A DNA stretch of 38,166 nucleotides from a bacterium (lineage in GTDB: Bacteria; SZUA-182; DTGQ01; JAFGSM01). Every line of letters starts with the position of its first letter. Positions within the stretch are counted from its first letter, which is position 1. Of the stretch, positions 17,447 to 27,870 are shown one piece after another. A model generated the notes under the pieces. It was not told the DNA's origin, made no database searches, and saw only the letters and a list, made by a program, of their open reading frames with translations. The position numbers were made by a program, and so were the translations under genes. The stretch spans positions 1 through 38,166 of the forward strand of contig JBLIRP010000029.1 of assembly GCA_049472355.1 (NCBI GenBank). The letters run 5' to 3'.

Positions 17447-17941
17447 TCATATTCGTTGTATCAGATCATTGGTCGGGGTGTCAATCAGGATGGTTCGCAT
17501 GCGTTCCTTGGTTTTCGGATGCCTCAGGGAGGGGTCGATTTCCGCCAGGGGCACCAGTACGAAACGGCGTTCGGTCATTCGGGGGTGGGGAATCGTCAGG
17601 CCGGCATGGTCAATGACGAGGTCGCCGTAGAGGAGGATATCGATGTCGATGCTCCTGGGCCCCCATCGAATGGCCCTTGTTCTCCCCATGCTGTTCTCGA
17701 TATGCTGGGTTACCCGGAGAAGCTCAAGAGGGGGGAGGGTGGTTTCAATCCGCGCCACCTGATTGACGAACCATCCCTGGTCCCTGAATCCGACGGGCTC
17801 CGTCTCGTAAAAGGAGGAGGTCGATATCACCCGTATGCCTGTTTGTGCGGCAAGCAATGCAAGTGCCTTCTCCAGGTTTTTTATGCGGTTCCCTATGTTC
17901 GACCCGAGTCCGAGATATGCCGAATTCCACGCCTGTTTCAA
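17447..17941 (-). CDS. folK: 2-amino-4-hydroxy-6-hydroxymethyldihydropteridine diphosphokinase
   Basis: AYLGLGSNIG, YETEPVG, FVNQV, WGPRSIDIDIL, PHPRM.ER.FVLVPL; TTG start. Confidence 0.97.
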   Translation of the reverse strand: MKQAWNSAYLGLGSNIGNRIKNLEKALALLAAQTGIRVISTSSFYETEPVGFRDQGWFVNQVARIETTLPPLELLRVTQHIENSMGRTRAIRWGPRSIDIDILLYGDLVIDHAGLTIPHPRMTERRFVLVPLAEIDPSLRHPKTKERMRTILIDTPTNDLIQRI

Positions 17942-17944
17942 GGG

Positions 17945-19117
17945 TTATTCCCAGGGCTTGGTCTGCAGGCGCTCGAGTGCCGTGTGTATCCGATCGAGGT
18001 CGACCGTCAGGGCGATCCGGAAGTATCCTTCCCCATGGGGGCCGAATCCCACCCCGGGCGTGGTGACAATCCCGCATTTTTCCAAGAGAAACTGACAAAA
18101 TGATGTGGAGTTGTATCCGTGCGGCACCTCGATCCACACGTAAAAGGTTGCCTTTGGTTTTTCGAGTCTGAAACCGAGTTCCATAAGGCCGTCACAGAGC
18201 AGATCCCTCCGTTCCTGGTAGATGGAAACCATGCGGTGGACCTCGCTCTGGGGACCGGTCAGCGCGGCAATCCCGGCCATCTGGACGGCCTCGAAGATAC
18301 CCGAGTCAAGATTTGTCTTGACCCTGCCCAGACCTTCGATGATCCGTGAATTCCCCACCGCGAACCCGATCCGCCATCCGGTCATGTTGTAGGTCTTGGA
18401 AAGGGAATGGAATTCGATTGCCACATCCCGTGCCCCGTCGATCTGGAGGATGCTGGGGGGCCGAAATCCGTCGAAGGCGAGCTCGGAGTAAGCCGCGTCA
18501 TGACAAATGATAAAATGATGGTTTTGGGCGAGGTTGACCGCCGTTTGCAGGAATTCCCCGGTGGCGACGGCAGCGGTGGGATTGTTTGGATAGTTCAGGA
18601 ACATGAGCTTGCACTGATCGAGGATCCCCGGATCGATCGCCTTGAAGTCGGGCAGAAACCCGTTCCCCTTGAGCAGGGGTAAGGTGTAGGGCACCCCTTC
18701 GGCAAGGATGATCGAATTGTGATAGACCGGGTATCCGGGGTCCGGCACCAGCGCCATCTCGCCGGGATTGATAAAGGCAAGGGGGATGTGTCCGATCCCT
18801 TCCTTCGATCCGATGAGGGAGAGGACCTCCTTTGCAGGATCAAGGCGCACCTCGAATCGGGCTTCATACCATTGGCTGACCGCCTCCCTGAAGGAGAGTA
18901 GCCCCGCATACGAGGGATAGCGATGATGTTTGGAATCCTGCGCCGCGGTGGCAAGTCGAGAAACGATATGATGCGGAGTGGGCAGGTCCGGGTCGCCCAC
19001 CCCAAGATCGATGATATCCTTCCCTTTTGCAAGGACCGCCTTTTTCAGTGTATCCAGATGGGCAAACAGATATGGTGGCAGCTTGGTGAGACGTTCGGCA
19101 AAGGTGAATTCAGACAT
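17945..19117 (-). CDS. dapL: LL-diaminopimelate aminotransferase (class I/II PLP)
   Basis: LPPYLFA, LGVGDPD, GSKEGI.H, NYPNNPT, HDAAY, EFHSLSKTYNMTGWRIG, GEGYFR. Confidence 0.85.
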   Translation of the reverse strand: MSEFTFAERLTKLPPYLFAHLDTLKKAVLAKGKDIIDLGVGDPDLPTPHHIVSRLATAAQDSKHHRYPSYAGLLSFREAVSQWYEARFEVRLDPAKEVLSLIGSKEGIGHIPLAFINPGEMALVPDPGYPVYHNSIILAEGVPYTLPLLKGNGFLPDFKAIDPGILDQCKLMFLNYPNNPTAAVATGEFLQTAVNLAQNHHFIICHDAAYSELAFDGFRPPSILQIDGARDVAIEFHSLSKTYNMTGWRIGFAVGNSRIIEGLGRVKTNLDSGIFEAVQMAGIAALTGPQSEVHRMVSIYQERRDLLCDGLMELGFRLEKPKATFYVWIEVPHGYNSTSFCQFLLEKCGIVTTPGVGFGPHGEGYFRIALTVDLDRIHTALERLQTKPWE

Positions 19118-19136
19118 AACCCGACCTTCCTCCCCT

Positions 19137-21041
19137 TTATGGAGTGCCCGATATGATGGGCAAACGGAGGGTGCACGTGGTTCCCGTGTTCACTTCACTC
19201 TCCACATGGATCTCGCCGTGATGACCCTCGATAATGGATTTGGCCACATACAGCCCGAGGCCGTTTCCCTTTCCGCCGGAGCGTGTTGAGAAAAATTGTT
19301 CGAATATGTTCGGCAGATTCTCCTCCGGGATCCCGATCCCCGTGTCGCTGATTGTCACCAGTATCCCCTTGTCATCCTCCGTCCCGCACGTTGTCGTCCG
19401 GATGATGATGGTGCCCCCTTCGGGCATTGCCGCAACCGCATTGGTAAGGATATTAACGAATGACTGGATGAGGTCCTTGCTGTTTGCCAGGATCGGGGGG
19501 ATTCTGGCCTCGTACTCCTTTTTGATCTCAATGGCATCCATATCGACCAAATATGCGGCAAAAGAGAGGGATTTCCTGAGAACCTCGTGAATATCGACGA
19601 TGCCCGTGGTATGGTCGGACGGGCTCGAATACCAGAGAAGATCCTTCACCAATTGCCCGATCCGTTCGGCGTCCTCTTCCACCTTTGCCAGGTTCTCCGT
19701 AAGCTTGTCCACCCCGAGCAGGTTTGTTCGGGTCATCAGGAGGTGGGTATACGTGGAGAGGGAGGCGAGCGGATTATTGAGGTCATGGGCCATCCTTGCA
19801 GCCATGGTCCCCAGGGTCATCATCTTTTGGGATTGGATGAGCTGTTTGGTGAGTTTCTTCGTATCGGAAAGGTCTCTGAAAATGCCGGACAGTCCATACA
19901 CATTCCCGCCTGCATCCCGTATCAGGGACAGGGTGAGACTGACGGGAATGTATTCCCCTGACATGGAGATGACCCGTGTCTCGAAATTGCTCACCGGGCC
20001 GCTCTTTTTTACCCATTCAAAGAGATTGTATATCCTGTTGTTGTCATATTCAGAAAAGAGGAATTCCCAGGGGCGTCCGATTGCCTCCTGAGCGCTGTAG
20101 CCGAAGGTCATCTCCGCACCCTTATTCCATGTAATGATACTACCGTCCGGATTGATGCTTACGATGGCGTCGGCTGCATTGTCGACCAGATTGCCGATGT
20201 ATCCGTGTGCCCGATCCTCCTCCTCCCTTCGATGCATCTCGTGCGTGACATCCTCCATGACCAGAACCGCGCCAACGGTCTCTTCCTTCCTTTTCAGGGG
20301 AGCGATCCTGAAATCGACGTATGCCTCCTCTCCATTCGGCTTATGGGTCTTGAGGTGATCCAGTTCCGCCGGCTCACCCGTCACAATGACCTCCTTCACC
20401 CTCTCCGAAATCCCTTCCACAGACAGGGCCGGGATGATATCGAAGAGATTCGAGCCGGTGGCCACCGATTCGTCGATACCGGTCAGGCCGGCGATTCCCG
20501 CATTCCACGCCTTGACGAAGAATCCGGTATCCACGGTGATGACACCCAGGGTCATGCTCTGGAACAGATCGGTATACAGGGAGATACGTTCCTGAAACTC
20601 CCTGGTCCGGTTGGAGAGGTTCTTGTTCGCTTCAAGGAGCTCGTTGCGCATTTGTTTGAACCGTTCCTTGAGCTGCTTGTATTTGATTACCTGATCGACC
20701 ATGAGCAAGACCTCTTTGCCGGTGACCGGCAGAACGAGCTGTGTCCCCTCATCCCCATTCTTGAGGATACTCTTGAATGTGTCCTGGTCCCCGTTGGAGA
20801 TGAGATGGATGATGGGGGTCTCTGAATGGGTTTGGCCGAAACCGGGAAAGAGATCGGGTCGCTCCTGCATCCAAATGGTGCTGTCGAGGAGAATGACATC
20901 CTGGGGGGACGAATTCAACTGCGTTTCCATGTCGGAAAGACCGGAGGCCTTTGTTACGAGATAATCGTGCTCATGAAGGGCGGTGGATGATTCATCCAGG
21001 AGCCCTTCATCCTTTATAGCGACTAAAATCCTCTCTTTCAC
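19137..21041 (-). CDS. Cytoplasmic sensor histidine kinase: degenerate receiver, coiled coil, two PAS, HisKA, HATPase
   Basis: AHDLNNPL H-box; NILTNA, DTGIGI, FFST and GNGLGL boxes; two WN.G PAS motifs. GTG 21041 chosen from the GGAGGAGG RBS. Confidence 0.92.
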   Translation of the reverse strand: MKERILVAIKDEGLLDESSTALHEHDYLVTKASGLSDMETQLNSSPQDVILLDSTIWMQERPDLFPGFGQTHSETPIIHLISNGDQDTFKSILKNGDEGTQLVLPVTGKEVLLMVDQVIKYKQLKERFKQMRNELLEANKNLSNRTREFQERISLYTDLFQSMTLGVITVDTGFFVKAWNAGIAGLTGIDESVATGSNLFDIIPALSVEGISERVKEVIVTGEPAELDHLKTHKPNGEEAYVDFRIAPLKRKEETVGAVLVMEDVTHEMHRREEEDRAHGYIGNLVDNAADAIVSINPDGSIITWNKGAEMTFGYSAQEAIGRPWEFLFSEYDNNRIYNLFEWVKKSGPVSNFETRVISMSGEYIPVSLTLSLIRDAGGNVYGLSGIFRDLSDTKKLTKQLIQSQKMMTLGTMAARMAHDLNNPLASLSTYTHLLMTRTNLLGVDKLTENLAKVEEDAERIGQLVKDLLWYSSPSDHTTGIVDIHEVLRKSLSFAAYLVDMDAIEIKKEYEARIPPILANSKDLIQSFVNILTNAVAAMPEGGTIIIRTTTCGTEDDKGILVTISDTGIGIPEENLPNIFEQFFSTRSGGKGNGLGLYVAKSIIEGHHGEIHVESEVNTGTTCTLRLPIISGTP

Positions 21042-21152
21042 TGCTGCCTCCTCCACAAAAGGGTAATACACGTCACGGCCGTTTTCAAAGGGATGAATAC
21101 TACCGATAGGATGCCGATTCTCAAGTACCAAGGTTACTTCCCCTATGAATGA

Positions 21153-22022
21153 TCACGGGATCACCTTGCTCAAGGGGTATTCGACAATCCCTGTTGCACC
21201 GGCCTTTTTCAGACAAGGGATAATATCCCTGACCACCTTTTCATCGATAATGACCTCAATGTCCAGCCAGTCCGGGTCTGTCAGGTGTGCTATCGTCGGG
21301 GTGTGCAAGGCGGGCAGTATGGCGACGATGTTCTCCAGGTCCCCCTTTTTCACATTCATCTTGAGCCCTACCTTCTCCTCTGCCAGCAGTGCACTGTGTA
21401 ACAGGCAGGCCAGGTTTTCCATCTTGGTCCTTTTCCATTCATTGTCCCAGGCCTCCTTGTTTGCGATCAGGCGTGTGGTGGACTCCATGATGGTTTCCAC
21501 GATGCGGAGTTTGTTGGCCTTCAGGGAACTTCCCGTTTCCGTAAGCTCAACTATCGCGTCGGCGAGATCGGGCGCCTTGACCTCCGTGGCGCCCCAGGAA
21601 AAGAATACCTCCGGATGGACCCCACGTTCCCCGAAGTATTTCTTGGTCACGTTGACCAGTTCGGTGGATACCCTTTTCCCCTCCAGATCCTTAATGGATT
21701 TTATGGAGGAGGATTCGGGGACCGCGAGGACCCAGCGGACCGGGGTACGCCCGGATTTCGCGTAGCTGAGATTGGTTACCTCCACCACATCCGCTCCCTG
21801 TTCGAGGACCCAGTCCCATCCGGTCAATCCCACATCGAGCACGCCGTTTTCCACGTAGATTGCCATCTCCTGCGCCCTGATGAGCAATCCCTCCATGTCG
21901 GGGTCATCGATCGAGGGATAGTAGGATCGCTGGTTTACCGTAATACGATATCCTGCCTTGCGGAACAGGGCGATGGTGGATTCCTGGAGGCTTCCCTTGG
22001 GGATGCCGATTTTCAGTTTCAT
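21153..22022 (-). CDS. hisG: ATP phosphoribosyltransferase, long form
   Basis: [34 protein letters not shown]-terminal regulatory domain (PTIAHL, LKKAGA.GI). Confidence 0.97.
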   Translation of the reverse strand: MKLKIGIPKGSLQESTIALFRKAGYRITVNQRSYYPSIDDPDMEGLLIRAQEMAIYVENGVLDVGLTGWDWVLEQGADVVEVTNLSYAKSGRTPVRWVLAVPESSSIKSIKDLEGKRVSTELVNVTKKYFGERGVHPEVFFSWGATEVKAPDLADAIVELTETGSSLKANKLRIVETIMESTTRLIANKEAWDNEWKRTKMENLACLLHSALLAEEKVGLKMNVKKGDLENIVAILPALHTPTIAHLTDPDWLDIEVIIDEKVVRDIIPCLKKAGATGIVEYPLSKVIP

Positions 22023-23017
22023 AGCGTTCGCTTCCTCCGTTTCTGGTATGTATACACAGCGCGATTATGTTCTCGAAGCGTTTCCGAAAACTCATGGGAG
22101 CCGTCATTGCGGGAGACGAAATACCTGTATGGAGCGTCGGCGGGATAGAGGGCTGCATTGAGACTGCCCAGGCCGGGATTGGCTATAGGGCCGGGAGGGA
22201 GGCCCCTTTTCCGATAGGTATTGTATGGAGTAACCGTACGGAGGTCCTTCTTGGTGAGATTGCCGTCATAGTTTTCCATGCCGTAGATAACGGTCGGATC
22301 GCATTGGAGTCTCATGCGCTCCTTGAGCCGATTGTGAAACACGGCTGATATGAGGGATCGCTCGGAGGGTAATGCAGTCTCCTTTTCAATGAGCGATGCC
22401 AGGGTGACGATTTCATGCACCGTATACCCTATCTCGCTTGCGCGGTCGGACATCGGGGTCGTGAATACGGTCCAAAAACGCCTTATCATTGTATCGATAA
22501 TTCTTTGCACGGGGATGTTTCTGCTGAAAAAATAGGTGTCTGGAAAGAGATACCCCTCCACGGTTTCTCCTTCGATGCCCCAGAATCGCACTACATTGGG
22601 ATCCCCACAGCATGTCAGAAAGTCGTCCCTGTCCGCTATTCGTTTCCTGTCCAGTACGTTTGCTATCTGGTAGATATTGTATCCTTCGGGTATGGTAATC
22701 TTGTGCTGCACCACGCGCCCCTGCTCCATGATGGTAAGGATTTCCAGGGGACTCATATGTGGTTTGAATGCATATTCGCCGGCCTTGAGATCACCCTTGC
22801 CGTGCAACAGGCTCAGAAGGTAGAATGCGCGGGCACTGCGAACGAGACCGGCAGCCTTCAGGCTGATGGCAATCGACTTGATCCCGGAGCCTTCCGGGAT
22901 AAGCAGGACCTGTTCCGGTCCCCCGGATCCGACAGGGGCGAACACCGTCATGTAGGTAACAGCGGTCAATACCAGGACAATGCTTATTAAGGCAATAATC
23001 AGGGAATCCCGTATCAT
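22019..23017 (-). CDS. mltG: Endolytic transglycosylase
   Basis: N-terminal [53 protein letters not shown]. Confidence 0.97.
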   Translation of the reverse strand: MIRDSLIIALISIVLVLTAVTYMTVFAPVGSGGPEQVLLIPEGSGIKSIAISLKAAGLVRSARAFYLLSLLHGKGDLKAGEYAFKPHMSPLEILTIMEQGRVVQHKITIPEGYNIYQIANVLDRKRIADRDDFLTCCGDPNVVRFWGIEGETVEGYLFPDTYFFSRNIPVQRIIDTMIRRFWTVFTTPMSDRASEIGYTVHEIVTLASLIEKETALPSERSLISAVFHNRLKERMRLQCDPTVIYGMENYDGNLTKKDLRTVTPYNTYRKRGLPPGPIANPGLGSLNAALYPADAPYRYFVSRNDGSHEFSETLREHNRAVYTYQKRRKRTL

Positions 23018-23511
23018 CGTTGTTCTCCATGGATGTGTGAATAATCAAGATAGCTCTGCAGGATCAATACCGCAGAAACCATGTCCACCTTTTCAGCCCT
23101 TTTTTTTCTGGATATACCCGATTCCATGAGTGCCTGTTCCGCATGCCGTGAGGTCAGTCTCTCGTCCCAGGAGGTAAAGGAACACTGTACCCGTGATTTG
23201 AGCAGATCGATGAACCGTTCGGTTTTTTCGGCCTGCATTCCAATATCCCCATGCATGTGTCGCGGGAGCCCGTAAACCACCCGGGTGACCCCGTACCGGG
23301 CAATCACATCGATAATATTTCCTGCATCATGTTTTTTCCCGCGTCTCAGGAGTGTTGGAAGTCCCTGGGCAATCAATCCGAGGGGGTCGCTGACAGCCAT
23401 CCCGATCCGTTTGTCGCCGATATCCAGGGCCAGAAAACGACCTTGTCCGCTCTTGTCCTCATTTGATGCAGAAGATTGAGAATTGGATTCATACATTGAT
23501 AAATCAATCAT
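23014..23511 (-). CDS. ruvX: Holliday junction resolvase-like / pre-16S rRNA nuclease YqgF
   Basis: LALDIGDKRIGMAVSD, GLP, WDERLTS, VD..SA.LILQSYLD. Confidence 0.96.
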   Translation of the reverse strand: MIDLSMYESNSQSSASNEDKSGQGRFLALDIGDKRIGMAVSDPLGLIAQGLPTLLRRGKKHDAGNIIDVIARYGVTRVVYGLPRHMHGDIGMQAEKTERFIDLLKSRVQCSFTSWDERLTSRHAEQALMESGISRKKRAEKVDMVSAVLILQSYLDYSHIHGEQR

Positions 23512-23757
23512 TTAATTTTATATATTACTCCAGTATATTACCCCAGCATCGAATCAAAATCAAGATTCCACGTTTCACCGAAATGGGACCGTGCCACCCA
23601 GGAGATACTATGCGATAAATAAGCTCCAAACGTCAACACGATGCGTTTTAGAGATCTGCCACAGGGTTCACTGAGAAAACAGGGTTTTTAATGATTCCTC
23701 CCTGTGCACTCTATGTTATGTGCGATGAAAAATCACATGTTGACCATGTGAGGATCT

Positions 23758-23785
23758 TTGACTGCAATGCAAACCATGATATAGT
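23758..23785 (+). promoter_or_regulatory. sigma70-type promoter upstream of ahbB-hemL
   Basis: TTGACT (23758-63), 16 nt, TATAGT (23780-85) with an extended TG. Confidence 0.5.
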
Positions 23786-23987
23786 TTCCTGTGCACTTCG
23801 ACAAGTGTTGAAATCGGGATCGATCGGATTGGCTGATCGGGATTCGTTTGATTCATCCTCTCGCCGGTATGTGTTTCATGCATATCCTGGAAGGAATTGG
23901 CGCGGTTCCGGCGTTTGCAGTGCTGCCGGGGATGCCTGGCTATGGGTGGGAGTTTTATTATTTTAATAGGTTTCAGGGGTTACCTGC

Positions 23988-24458
23988 ATGGAAGGGTTTA
24001 CGGAAAAGGATCGCCAGTTGATCCGTTTTCTCCAGGATGACCTGCCCGGGGAGAGGGAACCATTCCTGGCCATTGCAAAGAAACTGGGCATGACCGAGGG
24101 GCAGGTGGTGGATCGAATCAAGGGGTGGATGCAGGAGGGGGTTGTCAGGAGATTCGGTGCGCTGGTCAGGCATCACGACATGGGCATCCGGGGGAATGCC
24201 ATGGTGGCATGGTCGGTGCCTCCCGCGGACACGGAGCGGATAGGTTTGCGGATTGCCCGGTATCCCTTTGTCAGCCATTGCTACGAGCGGCCTGTACGAT
24301 CGGATTGGCCGTACAACCTCTACACCATGTTTCACGCACCGAACAGGGAGGCGGTGGAAGCCCTCATCCGAAGGGTTGCAGAAGAAACGGGAATCAGGGA
24401 CTACACGGTGCTGCATACGGTCAAGGAATGGAAGAAGCGGAGCATGAAGTACCTCTGA
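23988..24458 (+). CDS. ahbB: Siroheme decarboxylase subunit (AhbB / NirDLGH, Lrp-like fold)
   Basis: LQ.DLP...PF..IA HTH; RRFGA.VRH..G...NAMVAW; VSHCYER..DWPYNLYTM.H; adjacent to hemL. Confidence 0.85.
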   Translation: MEGFTEKDRQLIRFLQDDLPGEREPFLAIAKKLGMTEGQVVDRIKGWMQEGVVRRFGALVRHHDMGIRGNAMVAWSVPPADTERIGLRIARYPFVSHCYERPVRSDWPYNLYTMFHAPNREAVEALIRRVAEETGIRDYTVLHTVKEWKKRSMKYL

Positions 24459-24495
24459 GGTGTGACCTTCACCTCGCGAATGCTTAGGGAGGATC

Positions 24496-25785
24496 ATGAT
24501 GTTCTCAAAGTCTCAGAAATTATGGAAGGAGGCCGGCAAATACCTGATAGGGGGGGTCAACAGCCCGGTCAGGGCCTTCAAGGCGGTCGGAGGTTCACCG
24601 ATCTTCATGACACGGGCGGAGGGCCCCTGCATGTTCGACGTGGACGGACGACGCTATTATGATTATGTTGGTTCCTGGGGCCCGATGATTCTCGGGCATG
24701 CACACCCGGCGGTGGTCTCCGCGCTCCAGGATGCCATTGCCCGCGGCACCAGCTTTGGGACACCCACTGAGGCAGAGGTGCGTCTGGCCGAGCTCATCGT
24801 AACCATGGTCCCCTCCATAGAGCGGGTACGGCTGGTGAATTCGGGAACCGAGGCCGCAATGAGCGCCATCCGACTGGCACGCGGGTATACCGGAAGGGAC
24901 AAGATTGTCAAGGTTGAAGGGTGCTACCATGGTCATGTGGACAGCCTCCTGGTGAAGGCGGGCTCCGGTGCCACTACCCTGGGGATCCCTGACAGCAAGG
25001 GGGTAACCCATTCCGTGGCCCAGGATACGATCACCGTGCCGTTTAACGATATCAATGCAATAAAAAGGGTGCTGGAGGATCAGGCCCGGCAGATCGCCGC
25101 GGTGATCCTGGAACCCGTTCCGGGCAACATGGGCGTGGTACCTCCGGAGAAGGGATATCTCGATGAACTCCGGGTGCTTACCGATCGATTCGATGTGCTC
25201 CTTATTTTTGACGAGGTCATGACCGGTTTTCGCTTGTCCCCTGGGGGTGCCCAGCAGCTCTATGGGGTGAAGCCGGATCTTACCTGTCTCGGCAAGGTCA
25301 TCGGCGGGGGCCTTCCGGTGGGCGCCTTCGGCGGCAGAAAGGAGATCATGGAATATCTTGCACCTGCAGGTCCCGTGTACCAGGCGGGGACCCTTTCGGG
25401 GAATCCCCTGGCCATGGCAGCAGGCATAAAGACACTTGAACTCCTGCAGGAGAAGGGTACGTACGAGCGCCTGGAGACGCAAGGCAGGAAACTTGCCAGG
25501 GGAATCCGGAATGCGGCGAAGGAGGCAAAACAGGATGTACAGGTCTATCAGATAGGCTCCATGCTTTGCCCGTTTTTCACCTCGCAGAAGGTGGTTGATT
25601 ACACAACCGCCAAAACGAGCGACACCCAGCACTATGCCCGTTTTTTCTGGGCCCTGCTTGAATTGGGGATCTATGTTCCACCCTCGCAATTCGAGGCGCA
25701 CTTCGTGTCCACTGCCCATAGTGATGAGGTCATCAACGAGACCATTCAGGCGACGCACAAGGCAATGAGGTCCATTACCCTATGA
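24496..25785 (+). CDS. hemL: Glutamate-1-semialdehyde 2,1-aminomutase
   Basis: [60 protein letters not shown]. Confidence 0.98.
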   Translation: MMFSKSQKLWKEAGKYLIGGVNSPVRAFKAVGGSPIFMTRAEGPCMFDVDGRRYYDYVGSWGPMILGHAHPAVVSALQDAIARGTSFGTPTEAEVRLAELIVTMVPSIERVRLVNSGTEAAMSAIRLARGYTGRDKIVKVEGCYHGHVDSLLVKAGSGATTLGIPDSKGVTHSVAQDTITVPFNDINAIKRVLEDQARQIAAVILEPVPGNMGVVPPEKGYLDELRVLTDRFDVLLIFDEVMTGFRLSPGGAQQLYGVKPDLTCLGKVIGGGLPVGAFGGRKEIMEYLAPAGPVYQAGTLSGNPLAMAAGIKTLELLQEKGTYERLETQGRKLARGIRNAAKEAKQDVQVYQIGSMLCPFFTSQKVVDYTTAKTSDTQHYARFFWALLELGIYVPPSQFEAHFVSTAHSDEVINETIQATHKAMRSITL

Positions 25786-26561
25786 CCGACCGTCATCTGC
25801 CCGTGTCGGCGTCGATCATCACCCTGAACGAGGAGCGGAACATCCCGGACTGCCTCAAAAGCGTTGATTTTTGCAGCGAAAAGGTAGTGGTCGACTCAAA
25901 CAGCACCGACCGGACACGAGAGATCGCACAGCACATGGGTGCACGGGTGTACGTGAGGCCGTTTGAAGGTTATTGGCAGCAGAAGCAGTGGGCGTTGGAG
26001 CAGTGCAGCAATCCATGGGTACTGTGCCTGGACGCGGATGAACGGGTCACCCCGGAGTTGAGGGACTTCCTGTTTGGCCTCGATTTCCGGAACTCATCGG
26101 CGGACGGATTCGAGGTGCGGCGAAGGCATGTGTTTTTGGGCAGGGTCATGGCACACTCCAGTCTCTACCCGGACTACAAATTGAGGCTGGCGCGCAGGGA
26201 AAACGCCAGGTGGGGAGGGGTGAATCCCCATGATACGCTCCTGGTTTCGGGAAGGACCCAAAAGCTCCCCTACGACATCCTCCATTATGCATGGCTTGAT
26301 TGTCGGCACTATCTCATGACCCAGATACACTATGCCCACATCACGGCGCGCGAGAAGTACCAGGCGGGAACGCGGGCGGGGATATCGGACCTGACGCTTC
26401 GCCCTGTATACACCTTTCTCTACCGGTACTTCATCAGGGCGGGTATTCTGGATGGGTTCCCCGGGCTGGTGGTGTCTGCTGGAGGGGCTGGGGCCTGCTT
26501 TGCGAAATACGCATTTCTCAAGGAACTGGAACGAAAAGAGGGCGGCGACAAAAACGGTTAA
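25782..26561 (+). CDS. GT2 glycosyltransferase (WaaE/KdtX-like)
   Basis: [34 protein letters not shown] motifs. Confidence 0.9.
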   Translation: MTDRHLPVSASIITLNEERNIPDCLKSVDFCSEKVVVDSNSTDRTREIAQHMGARVYVRPFEGYWQQKQWALEQCSNPWVLCLDADERVTPELRDFLFGLDFRNSSADGFEVRRRHVFLGRVMAHSSLYPDYKLRLARRENARWGGVNPHDTLLVSGRTQKLPYDILHYAWLDCRHYLMTQIHYAHITAREKYQAGTRAGISDLTLRPVYTFLYRYFIRAGILDGFPGLVVSAGGAGACFAKYAFLKELERKEGGDKNG

Positions 26562-26571
26562 GGAAACGAAA

Positions 26572-26623
26572 CCGGATGAGATGGAAGAGGGTCTGTATCC
26601 CCTTCCTCCGGGTCGTCTTTTTT
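26572..26623 (+). terminator. Probable intrinsic terminator
   Basis: CCGGA..GGAAG.GGG pairs imperfectly with CCCCTTCCTCCGG, followed by a T run. Confidence 0.45.
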
Positions 26624-26753
26624 CCGATTCTTCGCAGGGAAATTCACAAACGGATTTCCGCAGGGGCTTTGGATTTCTTGAATTGTACCATGGTTTGTGC
26701 TAACGTTTGGTATCGTTTGGCTGAAGCAACGAAAGAGAGGCAGGGTGCCGGAT

Positions 26754-27860
26754 ATGCCTATCCCCATGATGGATCTCACAACCGAATATCGATCCCTGAA
26801 AGGTGAAATCGACCAGGCCGTCCATCGGGTCCTGGAATCGGGTCGCTTTATCCTGGGGCCCGAGGTGGAATCCCTGGAAGGCGCCGTCGCCCGCTACTGC
26901 AATGCTGAGCATGCAGTGGGTGTGGGGTCCGGAACGGAGGCGCTCCATCTGGCATTGATTGCGTGCGGGGTCGGCAAGGGGGATGAGGTCATCACCACCC
27001 CATTCACCTTCGTGGCCACTGCGGAGGTGGTGTCTCATCTGGGCGCCCAGCCGGTATTCGTGGATATTGACCAGAAGAATTTTACGATTGACACCAAGAA
27101 GATCGCCGCCAAGATAACGAAGAGAACCAAGGCAATCATCCCTGTGCATCTTTACGGACAGGCTGCCGATATGGAGCCCATCCTCGAGACTGCAAAGAAG
27201 CACGGACTCAAGGTGGTGGAGGATTGCGCCCAGGCCTTCGGCGCCGAATACAAGGGGAACAGGGTGGGATCATCGGGAGACGTGGGGTGCTTCAGCTTCT
27301 ATCCGGCCAAGAATCTTGGCTGCTATGGGGATGGAGGCATGGTGGTCACCGCTGATCAGGATATCTACCAGAAGGTCAAGCTGCTGCGGCAGCATGGGGC
27401 CGAGGAACAGTATAACCACAAGGTCCTGGGATTCAACAGCCGGTTGGATGAGCTTCAGGCCGCGATACTGAGCGTCAAGCTTGCGTACGTGGATGAATGG
27501 AACAATGTCAGGCGTGAGCGGGCGCACCTCTACGATTCCCTTCTGCAGGGAAGGGACGTTGGTACCCCGGTGGAAGAGCCTTATAATAAACACGTGTACA
27601 ATCAATATACCATTCGTATCAAGGACAGGGACAGGATCAGGGAGGGATTACGGGCACGGGGGATTGCCTCGGCGGTCCACTATCCCATACCGCTCCATCT
27701 CCAGCCAATCTACAAAAGCGTGAGCATCGAGGAGGGGGATCTGTGCGTCAGCGAACGTGCAAGCAAGGAGGTCCTTTCCCTTCCCATGTCTCCGTTCATA
27801 AGTCCTATGCAGATCAAAGAGGTTTCCGAGACACTCGTTGAACTAATGGACAAGGGCTGA
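26754..27860 (+). CDS. DegT/DnrJ/EryC1/StrS sugar aminotransferase (GnnB/WbpE-like)
   Basis: SGTEAL.LAL, TPFTFVAT, PVHLYGQ, EDCAQAFG, SFYPAKNLG.YGDGG, NSRLDELQAA; immediately upstream of lpxB. Confidence 0.92.
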   Translation: MPIPMMDLTTEYRSLKGEIDQAVHRVLESGRFILGPEVESLEGAVARYCNAEHAVGVGSGTEALHLALIACGVGKGDEVITTPFTFVATAEVVSHLGAQPVFVDIDQKNFTIDTKKIAAKITKRTKAIIPVHLYGQAADMEPILETAKKHGLKVVEDCAQAFGAEYKGNRVGSSGDVGCFSFYPAKNLGCYGDGGMVVTADQDIYQKVKLLRQHGAEEQYNHKVLGFNSRLDELQAAILSVKLAYVDEWNNVRRERAHLYDSLLQGRDVGTPVEEPYNKHVYNQYTIRIKDRDRIREGLRARGIASAVHYPIPLHLQPIYKSVSIEEGDLCVSERASKEVLSLPMSPFISPMQIKEVSETLVELMDKG

Positions 27861-27870
27861 CATCGTATCT

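Noticed and set aside
23691..23966. 91-aa ORF upstream of ahbB
   Set aside because: No RBS or motif, and it overlaps a good sigma70 promoter; probably spurious.
24595..25758. Long antisense ORFs (also 29281-30540, 31113-32006, 34320-35336, 9912-10769)
   Set aside because: They are shadows of well-supported genes on the opposite strand, expected from GC-rich codon bias.
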